Positions 52,191 to 61,801 of a stretch of 64,000 bases of DNA are shown here, piece by piece (within the stretch, counting starts at the first letter, position 1; each line of letters opens with the position of its first letter). The translations under genes were made by a program, and so were the position numbers. The DNA is taken from NCBI RefSeq assembly GCF_026571515.1, contig NW_026851668.1, forward strand, positions 62,001 to 126,000, written 5' to 3'. The notes beneath the pieces were generated by a model. That model saw nothing but the letters and a program-made list of their open reading frames with translations. It was not told where the DNA came from and made no database searches. This stretch comes from Ruditapes philippinarum. Its lineage: Eukaryota.

Positions 52191-55100
52191 TTACCACGTT
52201 TGTAAAGGAGGCAAGTTGTCTGTATAGATACGAAGTACGCTGCCTTTACATTTATAAGAAGCCCAGCAAAACATTTTCTTAGTAGTGAATGTTGTTGCAG
52301 CCAGAACTCCACATTCAAAAACCAAATCACAAATTGCAGGACTTATGAAAAATACATCTAGTGTCTGTGTTTGGTCATACAGCCTTAAATCTTTGTTTGG
52401 ATTATATGATGTGTATTCTGTTCCTGATTGTACTTTAATGATAAATTTCTTTTCACTTAATTTGTCTGGAGGTTGACCTTTTCCTAAACCTGGTAACGGA
52501 GCATTAGTCCCCCGGACTACAGACTTTCCAGGACTGAGAAAATCGTTCCATTTCACTGTATTTACCATCTTAATATCTACTGTAAAGTTTTCAACAATGA
52601 GTCTGCATATTGACTTGTGTCGTTTCCAGTGATGTGTCTGACATTCCTTTGAACAGTAACTTGCCTTTTTACACTTCGCACAGTATTTTAATGTTTTGGA
52701 AATAGCATGACAGAAACAACAGGTTTCTAGAAGGACTGCCATCTTATTTGGATGTTGCTGGCCTCTATTGTTTTTCTCAAAAATATTCCTTGTAGTAATA
52801 ATAGGTGGTATTGAAAATCTAGTGTTCTCATCATCCAACATACCTTTACTTTTCATCATCGGACTTGCGGGAAATGACCTTCTAAAATGATTCTTCACAT
52901 CTGGTGTCAATGTGTGAATAGCAGGACCAGTATGATCCCGAATGGAATTTCCATCTAATACAACTACAGCAGAATAATTTATTCCAATCCTTATACCACC
53001 GCATTTATTCTCAAATATATCGTTGTTGCAAATATTTGCTGTTGATCTAGATTTTACCATCATTCCCCAAAGCCAGTTGTCAAAAATTTTGTTTCCGGAT
53101 ACATCATATGACCCTCCATCTAATGAAATTCCTGACATACCATTTTGATAGATCAAATTATCAAATATCTCGCATGTAGACCCACCTCCTGAATCTGTTG
53201 TGACTGCTAAACGTGATTTTCCTACAAATGTTATGTTGCCGCCACACCAGATACCTTCATTTTTGTTATTCTGTATAATACAATTTTTTATATGTCCTTT
53301 TCCCATTGGTCCTATAGCCACCCCGTGATACTGATTGTCACAAATTGAGCAATTTCCAACAATGGTAGTGCCACCATCTCTTGCTTCAATACCCATCTGT
53401 CTCATGTTACAAACAACACTGTTCTTGATCTTTAACACAGCCCCTCCTGTACTTACAGTTCCACCACCACCGCACCTATCAAGAAGACAATTGTCTATCA
53501 ATACATTTCCATTTTTAGTTGCACAAATGCCTGGAAAACCAACAACGCCACTGGGATGCGGAGCTGACAAATTCCTTTTTTTCAAAAATAAAGTACTGCA
53601 TTCGTCAGGATATGGATTGACACAACCGGAATTACCATCGCAAAATGGAAAGTTTTCGCATCCTTTTTTCCCGTTTGAGAATTTGCATTTGTAGAATATT
53701 GCATTAACATTAGTGTGGATTGTTATTTGACCAGTATCATTTGGAAAAGAGACGTTTTCAAAATAAACATTTATTTTTTGTTCGATCTGAAACTGGGGCA
53801 TAAACTGTTTCGGATTTATTAAAGCAACGCCCAATTCGCTATGAATTTCAACTCCATCCTCAATGCCAATGATCTGAACACTTTTTGTAGTGATCTGCCC
53901 TTTATCAAGCTTAATTTGGTATCTGCCTCTACGCAAAAGTAATGTCGTGTACGTCCTATTCATCATGGACGATATCTCCTCGCCAAGTTCAGATTCATTG
54001 TCAACAATTATGTATCGTACCACGGGATATTCAATTTTCATCCTGTATTCAAGTAAGCATTGTTTGTTTAGGTGTCCAGCAACAGCTGCTGCAGCTAACC
54101 CGGCAGACTCCCAGGATTTGGGTAAAACTTCAAGACGTATGAGATTACTTATTGCATAGGCTTTCCAACAATAGGCTTTGAATGATTTCGGATCAATTTG
54201 TATGCACTTATCTGCATCACGTAAAGCATTCTCATAGTCGCATATTCTTAAGTATGCCAGACTTCTGTTCGTAAGACACTTTGTTATGTCAATGTTTTCA
54301 TTACTTGCTGTGATCGCCTCAGAATAACATTGTATTGCAAGTTGATATCTTCCAGTCTTAAATGCATCATTTCCCATCTTGCGCAACGATTCTTTATCCA
54401 AAAGTGCGATAGTTTGGTCTTGACTTGAATCTGACGATGTATTCGATTCTGCTGGTATAACCATTGTTATGCTACTTTGAAGAATAAGTCTGTCATTCTG
54501 TAAAAGAGGTATCTTGATTCTAGTCAGATAATTATAGTCACGTTCTGAAATTGAAAGAGCCGGTATAATACTCAGCATTTGCGCCTGGCATGCTAAGGCC
54601 TCATCCTGCCTTTGGTACAAACTGTGATATATTGCACTAGTTTGTAAAATCCTTGTTGTTTCTATGTTAAAGCAGATGTGTTTCGATGTTTCATTTCTTT
54701 TTGTGTAGTCAAACAAATAAGTTTTGAGGGTGTTTGCATTGAGTGCTAACTTACTCCACATTTGCAAGGAAGCTCTGCCTATATTTTCCTCTTGTAATGC
54801 ATCCATTGGTGATTGTGTGTTTTCTAACGCCATATTGACCATTCGTGATGCACACTGTAGGATGAAAGCATTTCTGTCTGCATCTTTCATATTCTGTCGA
54901 ATTACCTCCTGAACTAATCGATGCACACTTATGCTATTAGTGGTACATCTGTTAAACAAAGAAAATCGTGATAGTATTTCGGCAACTTGCTTGATTCCCA
55001 ATTCTTCTTCAAAAGTGTCGAGTAGATCTTCGTCAAGTACGTTTGGCGAGCCAACATTCAAAAGAATCATAGGGATATCGTCAGCATATAGGAAGGCCGC

Positions 55101-55649
55101 AATTTCCATCACAGTTCTTGCTGAATTTCCAAGTCCATCTTCTTCAGATTGTTTTTGAATGTATTCAAAGTTTAATTGCCAAGTTGTTCGCACCGCTAAA
55201 CGTTCTTTTGACACTTCATATTGTGATCTTATTGCTTTGAGTACACCTAATCTCTTCCGATTAAATTTCTTCAGATACTCATCAAATGAACAGTGTAAAG
55301 CTTTTATATAAGCAGCTGCTTGTTCCAAAGCAAGTGGAAGTCCACCGAGCTCTTCTGCTAATTTTATGAGACTGTCGTCAATTTTACCATTCTGATCTGA
55401 ACGTATCATCAAAAATTTTACACTTTCATTTCTATTTAAAACATCTAAAGAGATGCAGTCATCCAATCTCACATAAAATGTCTCTTCTGCGTTCTCTGCT
55501 TTTCTCCGAGAAGTGATAATGATATGCCCCTTTGAACCCTTTTTCCAAGGTGAGAGAAGTATTTCTTTCACACTTCCCTGAATTTCCTCCATGTCTACGT
55601 TGTCGATTACAAGCAGCCATCTGTCTTGAACACAGCACAACCATTTAAG
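52191..55649 (-). CDS. STAND gene last exon, part downstream of the frameshift (Walker B, helical/winged-helix, TPR, beta-helix, zf-MYND, C-terminal domain)
   Basis: 1149-aa uninterrupted ORF with ordered domain motifs, TAA at 52191-52193. Confidence 0.95.
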   Translation of the reverse strand, partial: LKWLCCVQDRWLLVIDNVDMEEIQGSVKEILLSPWKKGSKGHIIITSRRKAENAEETFYVRLDDCISLDVLNRNESVKFLMIRSDQNGKIDDSLIKLAEELGGLPLALEQAAAYIKALHCSFDEYLKKFNRKRLGVLKAIRSQYEVSKERLAVRTTWQLNFEYIQKQSEEDGLGNSARTVMEIAAFLYADDIPMILLNVGSPNVLDEDLLDTFEEELGIKQVAEILSRFSLFNRCTTNSISVHRLVQEVIRQNMKDADRNAFILQCASRMVNMALENTQSPMDALQEENIGRASLQMWSKLALNANTLKTYLFDYTKRNETSKHICFNIETTRILQTSAIYHSLYQRQDEALACQAQMLSIIPALSISERDYNYLTRIKIPLLQNDRLILQSSITMVIPAESNTSSDSSQDQTIALLDKESLRKMGNDAFKTGRYQLAIQCYSEAITASNENIDITKCLTNRSLAYLRICDYENALRDADKCIQIDPKSFKAYCWKAYAISNLIRLEVLPKSWESAGLAAAAVAGHLNKQCLLEYRMKIEYPVVRYIIVDNESELGEEISSMMNRTYTTLLLRRGRYQIKLDKGQITTKSVQIIGIEDGVEIHSELGVALINPKQFMPQFQIEQKINVYFENVSFPNDTGQITIHTNVNAIFYKCKFSNGKKGCENFPFCDGNSGCVNPYPDECSTLFLKKRNLSAPHPSGVVGFPGICATKNGNVLIDNCLLDRCGGGGTVSTGGAVLKIKNSVVCNMRQMGIEARDGGTTIVGNCSICDNQYHGVAIGPMGKGHIKNCIIQNNKNEGIWCGGNITFVGKSRLAVTTDSGGGSTCEIFDNLIYQNGMSGISLDGGSYDVSGNKIFDNWLWGMMVKSRSTANICNNDIFENKCGGIRIGINYSAVVVLDGNSIRDHTGPAIHTLTPDVKNHFRRSFPASPMMKSKGMLDDENTRFSIPPIITTRNIFEKNNRGQQHPNKMAVLLETCCFCHAISKTLKYCAKCKKASYCSKECQTHHWKRHKSICRLIVENFTVDIKMVNTVKWNDFLSPGKSVVRGTNAPLPGLGKGQPPDKLSEKKFIIKVQSGTEYTSYNPNKDLRLYDQTQTLDVFFISPAICDLVFECGVLAATTFTTKKMFCWASYKCKGSVLRIYTDNLPPLQTW

Positions 55650-58600
55650 TGTTTAACAAGCGTTTCTTTAGCATTCTGTCCGACAGTATTTGTGTCTATA
55701 GCAAGGCGTTGTACAGAATCTTCCAATGCTTCATTTGTTTCTGCTGACATCCAAAACACACCTCCAGGATAAAATGTTTGAAATGTCCATGCATATTCCA
55801 CCGCCAGTGTTGTTTTACCTATTCCCCCTAATCCGCAAATAACTTGTGTATGTGTTTCACTACTTCGAATTTCAAACACTTCTTGCAGTTGTTCCAATTC
55901 ATCTTGTCGACTAACAAATGTAGAAACCCTGTCCGGGGGATAGAAGAATAATTTCCCATTTGGTCTTACATATGATAGGTATTTTGCTATATTAGCGATA
56001 TCCAAAGTATTTTTATCGACGTCCGATTTTGTACTTTGAAAGTTAAGTGTACTAATTTTAAGAGCTTCTTGTGTCCCCTTTAGTTCATTCTTCACACCAG
56101 TTACCTCTGTATCTATATTATGCAATTCAGTCTTCATCTTTTCAACACTTTCAAAATCTGCTTTATGTGAATCTTGCATACCTGTCACCGCATCTGTCAA
56201 CGACAGTATGTCCCCATTCATCTGAAGACTCTGAGTTTCAATGTTATTTATTCTTTCAAGTGTATTGTTTAACGAACTTTCTATTGACAGTATAGATTTG
56301 TGAACAACTTGAAAGCTCATATCATTTTTTGAAACAACATCTAAAATGAACTTACTTAATGCTCTAGTCTCATTTTTAAGTTCTTGCACCAGTTCAACTC
56401 CAAGTGTTGTCCCTTGCAAAAATTGCAGACCTGTAAGATAAATTATCTTTCATATTCCATAAGTACCCAAAGCTATCACACTTATAATTTCATAAATTGT
56501 TTAGATAATCGAAATTTGTATATAAATGTAAAAAATGTTTTAATAATTATGACCTCATTCATATTGTAAGAAAAGTAAATCAAAGTTCCTGCCATTAGCT
56601 TATCGAAAGAATATCTTAAATAAAACATGTCAAACGAACCATTTGTTTGCCACTGCATCAGTTGGGCAAGAATTTCTGTCTCATCTTGAACTGGAAGTAA
56701 CAGATTTTTTATGAACTGTTGCATCAGTTGGAATGAGTTTTGGTACTTGATCACGTCCCACTCGGAAAAGTTGCAGTGTGCCCAAGGATTTCGAATATCA
56801 GACCTTAACTGTAAAACAATTTTTTTATTTTCAAATATACCTTTATAAATGACAGGAGATCGTATAAATTAAATGTCTAAATGTATACTGTCACAGGCAA
56901 TGTATATATATGTATGTCTAGTGTTACTGTTGTAAACTTATAATTCGTTTGACATCATTAAACATATTTGCACGCCTTGTTTGTTTTATTTCAAATAAAT
57001 CAATGATTTGAATCGTTCGAAGATCCTTAAAGATTTTAAATAAAGTGATACAGTAATTTAAATATTTTTAAAAAAATAAGTACCTTTTTAGCCGTTTTTT
57101 GTGGTAGAACTGGGAAAGTATCTATATTAACAATGATCCCCAGGAGAGCTGAGGAGTCACACGTGTCATCGAATCCGGTATAGTGTGCCATGCTGGTAAT
57201 CATGAACAGTTTAGTCAGATCTACATCGTTTGTTACATCATAGTTGTATTTCTGTTCATCCTTTTTCCCTTTCACTTTTGGTATGGCACTGTTGTTATTG
57301 ATCGCCTCGTAGTTCAATTCTTTGTTTGTAGGTTTATAACGCTTCATGTGTTTAGCAAATGTTTGTGCGTCTATCTTGTCTGTTTGCTTCAATTTGTTGT
57401 AGAGTTGGCTTACAACAGGGGGGATATACTTTCTTAATGCAGGAGATATGACACTGTGTAGACATATTCCAACAATCAGCCATCTTTTTTGGTCATCTTC
57501 TATATCAGGTTTAACTACTGTATAAAATAAAAAAAAAAAAAAAGAATTTTAAATTACAATATGAAATCAAGTTCCGTGCTATACGGTTAGTTAGAAAAGT
57601 TTGTATGATATTTGTTGACATAAAACGTGTGAGTACCTACACTTACCTCAAGTCAGAATATTAAACCACTTATTGTTCGTTAGATATACAGTTTTCTATA
57701 GAAACAGAAAAGTTATAAAATGTTTTGGCCAATTAAAATGAAAGTTACTTTGTTTGCCAGACGCTAGAAAGATGCTAAAACTGCAGCTTGTAAGGTGACC
57801 TGATGTCAATTCTACAAATTTTCAAAACTGCTACAGAGCTCAAATTAATACGACACTATTTTATTTCCTACCATTGAATTGCCGTATTCCAAATAGCTTT
57901 ACATATCGTTTATTAGCACAGAGTGCTTTAAATTAATTCTTAAAACTTGTATTAAAATATCACATGTACGTTCACGACATTACTCTCCTGAAATAGCAAT
58001 AACTATTTGAATACCTAATTTTAATATATAAATACTATACAACAACGTTCGAACTGCTGCTGCTGTAACTACGTCAGTAAATTCCCGTAACCTAGTTTAA
58101 ACTCTAATGTTCATGCCTTCAGATCAACCACAATATATCCAAAAAACAACCTTGAGACAAATGAACTTAGACTTTTAAAAAGTAAAAAGTACTCACAATT
58201 CAAACAAGAGGGCCATGATGGCCCTTAAGTCGCTCACCTGTATATAGGCCCCCGGAGCGGGGCCAGTTTAAACCCCAGGGCTTTTATTTGAACAAACTTG
58301 GTAGACACCCATTAGAAGATGTTTCATGCTAAACATCTAAGGTCTAGCTGGTCAAGTTTTTTCTTTACACATATAGTTAAAAACAATGACACACCTGGGG
58401 CAATGCCAGTTTTGACCCAAGGGCTTTTATTTGAACAATCTGTGTAGACACTTACTAGAAAATGTTTCATGCTTAATATCTAAACTCTAGCTATTCGTGT
58501 TTTTTCAAAGAAGATTTTTAAGTTTTTTGCTATACACATATAGGAAAAATTAATGTCACCGGGGCGGGGCCAATTTTGACCCCAGGGCTTTTATTTGAAC

Positions 58601-61600
58601 AAACTTTGTAGACACTCACTAGAAGATGCTTCGTGCTTAATATCTAAACTCTAGCTATTTGAGTTTTTTCAAAGAAGATTTTTTAAGTTTTTGTTATACA
58701 CATATAAGGAAAATGAATGACCCCCGGAGCAGTGCCAATTTTGACCCCAGGGCTGTTATTACAACAAACTTGGTAGACACTCACTAGAAGATGTTTCAAG
58801 CTTAGTATTTAAACTCTAGCTATTTGGTTTTTTTTCAAAGAAGATTTTTTAAGTTTTTGAAATACACATATAAGAAAATCAATGACCCCCGGGGCAGGGC
58901 CAATTTTGACCCCAGGGCTCTTATTTGAACAAACTTGGTAGACATCCATTAGAACATGTTTCATGCTAAATATCTTAGCTCTAGCTCTTTGGGTTCTTTA
59001 AAAGAAGATTTTTTAAGTTATTACTATATGCATATAGGGAAAATCAATGACACCCTGGGGCGGGGCCAATTTTGACCCTAGGGCTTTTATTTGAACAAAC
59101 TTGGTAGACAACCATTAGAGGATGTTTCATGCTAAATGTCTTAGCTCTAGGTCTTTGGGTTCTTTAAAAGAAGATTTTTTTTATGTTTTTACTATATGCA
59201 TATAGGGAAAATCAATGACCCCCGGGGCGGGGCCAATTTTGACCACAGGGCTTTTATTTGAACAAATTTGGTAGACACCTATTAGACAATGTTTCATACT
59301 AAATATCTTAGCTCTAGGTCTTTGGGTTCTTTACAAGAAGATGTTAAGTTTTTACTATATGCATATATGGAAAATCAATGACCCCCTGGGGCGGGGCCAA
59401 TTTTGACCCCAGGGCTTTTATTTAAACAAACTTGGTAAACAACAATTAGAGGATGTTTCATGCTAAATATCTTAGCTCTAGGTCTTTGGGTTCTTTACAA
59501 GAAGATTTTTATTTTTTTTGCTATACACATATAAGGAAAATCAATGACCCATGGGGCGGGGCCAATTTTGACCCTAGGGCTCTTATTTGAACAAACTTGG
59601 TAGACATTCATTAGAACATGTTGCATGCTAAATATCTTAGCTCTAGCTCTTTGGGTTCTTTAAAAGAAGATTTTTTAAGTTTTTACTAAATGCATATAGG
59701 GAAAATCAATGACCCCTGGGGCAGGGCCAATTTTGACCCCAGGGCTTTTATTTGAACAAACTTGGTAGACACCCATTAGAGGATGTTTCATGCTAAATAT
59801 CTTAGCTATAGGTCTTTGGGTTCTTTTAGAGAAGATTTTTTAAGGTTTAACTATATACATATAGGTAAAAATCAATGACCCCCTGGGGCGGGGCCAATTT
59901 TGACCCCAGGGCTTTTATTTGAACAAACTTGGTAGACATTCACTAGAAGATGTTTCATGCCAAATATCTAAGCTCTAGCTCTTTGGATTTTTTGAAAGAA
60001 GATTTTTCTTTTGGTTGCCATGGTAACCAGAGTTCTGCATGGAATAAAATTATTTGAACAATTTTCAAAGGTGACCACCAAAGGAACATTCCTGTGAAGT
60101 TTGGATGAAATTGGCTTAGTGATTTATGAGGAGATGTCATTTAAAGTAAAAGTTTACTGACGGACGACGGACGGGCGGACGCCGGACGAAAAGCGATCAC
60201 TAAAGTTCATCCTGTCACTTTGTGACAGGTGAGCTAAAAATAAGTTACATGTTATGCGCAATTAAAGATGATTTTTTTCAGTATTTATCTTGATATTTTC
60301 ACTGCATGACTAAAGCAGTAAGGATTTTTTTTGCAAAATCTGATTTTTGTACATGTATATTTTATGTGTAAAAAACCCTGGACGTGAAGATCGTGGCGAA
60401 TTTGTGTTGGGTAATAAAATACTTTTAAAAGATTCTCAAGTTTCATCTTTTATTGTTCTTTTTCGGCTGAGGCCGTATGGTTTGGGTTGTTTGTTTTATT
60501 AGGGTTTACGTCAAACCGACACAGGATAGGTCATAAGGCGACGTTCCAGCTTTACTGGTGGAGGAAGACCTCATGTTGTGTGTTGAACTTCTTGTAAAAC
60601 TTACAGGGAAGAGCTTAATATTTGTAAACATTTCATTGGTCATTTTAAAATTACAATCTCGGAATCTGATAGGCCAATGTAAAATTGTTGTTAAAGTAAT
60701 ATATAAAGGATTTTTTCTGACATGGCAAACGCGTCCACTTTCAAATTGATCAAAAGGAGTTCTGGAAACGAACCACAATGTATCATACAGTTATAAGTTC
60801 TTTAACTATCAAGATAATGCATCCTCGTACAGATTATTTTTCGCTATAAATTTTGCCAAAAATTAACGAAACCACCACTTAAAATGCAAATAGAAAGTTT
60901 TTTCCCCAAACCAAATCTGTCCATGTGCAAAAATCGTTTTAATTCAGTCGAGTATCTTTTTTAAAGATCCTTCTTGTTTATTCTTTCGTAACGCCGTTTT
61001 TCTAACAGGAAAAGACACATAGGTCTAACATCTCTGAAACAAATCTTCTTTTACGATGGTTACTTCAATTGTACAACTGTGGTGTACTCTCCAGAACTTA
61101 TCTGACAATATTTTACTTTTAATAAAGTTTTAACAATTTCGTGAATGTTTACATGAATCTGGAGGCTTGTAGCTATAGATTATCAAAGTAAACTGCCGCT
61201 GTACTGGGATGAATCGGCGAAAATTTATGACTTTTTATGTCGGCTCTACAAAGTAGTGGAAACATCTAGGGCTCACTTCTCCGTCTTCCGTCTGTCCATC
61301 TGTAGGTCTGTCACACAACACTTGTCTATCCTTAAAACTACTAGAGCAAGTTCATCCAAACTTAACAAGAATGAATATTTGGATGAAATTGAACGTATAG
61401 TTTCTGAGGAGTAGTCCAGACAAGCTTTTGTGTAGCTGGCAACACCTCATAAAAACTCCTTTTTTATTTAAGGGCCAAAACATTCAACCGGAAAACCCGT
61501 GTAATATGCCCAAGTACCTAAGCTACAGATAAATCCTGTAAAGTTTCATTGCCAGTGCATAAGTGGTATACGAGTCCGGACAAATTCATTAGGCGACACA

Positions 61601-61801
61601 TGTGATCTCTGATGATCGATCGTGTTACCCCAAACGTTTCCATTGAATTCAAAAAAAATGTAATTTACTCTTACCTTGACTTGAAGATACTTCATTGGCA
61701 ATATCAACAATTATAAGTTCAGCTTCTGGCTCGTTCAATCGGGATGAAAAATCTTCAAAGTTGAAGGACGAAGAAAAGTTTCCAGTGTTGAAAGTCGTCA
61801 T
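52191..61801 (-). CDS. NLR-like STAND protein: HEPN-like domain, coiled coil, NB-ARC-type NTPase, TPR, right-handed beta-helix, zf-MYND (about 1656 aa; one 1-nt frameshift as assembled)
   Basis: Coding exons (minus) 61801-61675, 57517-57084, 56808-56640, 56430-52191 with GT-AG introns and matching phases (1,0,1). Total is 4970 nt, one short of a multiple of 3. Motifs: RNPWAH, Walker A GLGGIGKT (55811-55834), Walker B WLLVIDNVD (55593-55619), IIITSR, LGGLPLALEQA, SVHRLVQ, TPR (GNDAFKTGRYQLAIQCYSEAI; NRSLAYL...ALRDADKCIQIDP), repeated N..xxGI beta-helix turns, MYND CCFC...CAKC...YCSKECQTHHWKRHKSIC. Confidence 0.88.
55650..56430 (-). CDS. STAND gene last exon, part upstream of the frameshift (coiled coil and Walker A)
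   Basis: tcttacag acceptor at 56432-56431; heptad-rich helix; FVSRQDELEQL and VICGLGGIGKTTLAVEYA. Confidence 0.92.
56640..56808 (-). CDS. STAND gene exon 3, HEPN motif (LRSDIRNPWAHCNFSEWD)
   Basis: ttttacag acceptor, G|gttcgt donor, phase 0-1, RxxxxH motif. Confidence 0.85.
57084..57517 (-). CDS. STAND gene exon 2, N-terminal part of HEPN-like domain (DQKRWLIVGICLHSVISPALRKY...DLTKLFM...DSSALLGII)
   Basis: Strong polypyrimidine tacag acceptor, AAG|gtactt donor, 434 nt open. Confidence 0.88.
58202..60240 (-). mobile_element. Second copy of the same HINE, about 11 tandem units, in intron 1 of the STAND gene
   Basis: Same termini and unit sequence as 49639-51213, same orientation. Confidence 0.9.
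60483..60573 (-). mobile_element. SINE 3' fragment (11078 family)
   Basis: ggtcataaggcgacgttccagctttactggtggaggaagacctc. Confidence 0.7.
61675..61801 (-). CDS. STAND gene probable first coding exon (MTTFNTGNFSSSF...VSSSQ)
   Basis: ATG at 61801-61799; CAAG|gtaaga donor in phase 1 matching exon 2; upstream ttacag suggests a further non-coding exon. Confidence 0.6.

Noticed and set aside
52285-56295. Several short + strand ORFs
   Set aside because: Antisense shadows of the STAND coding exon
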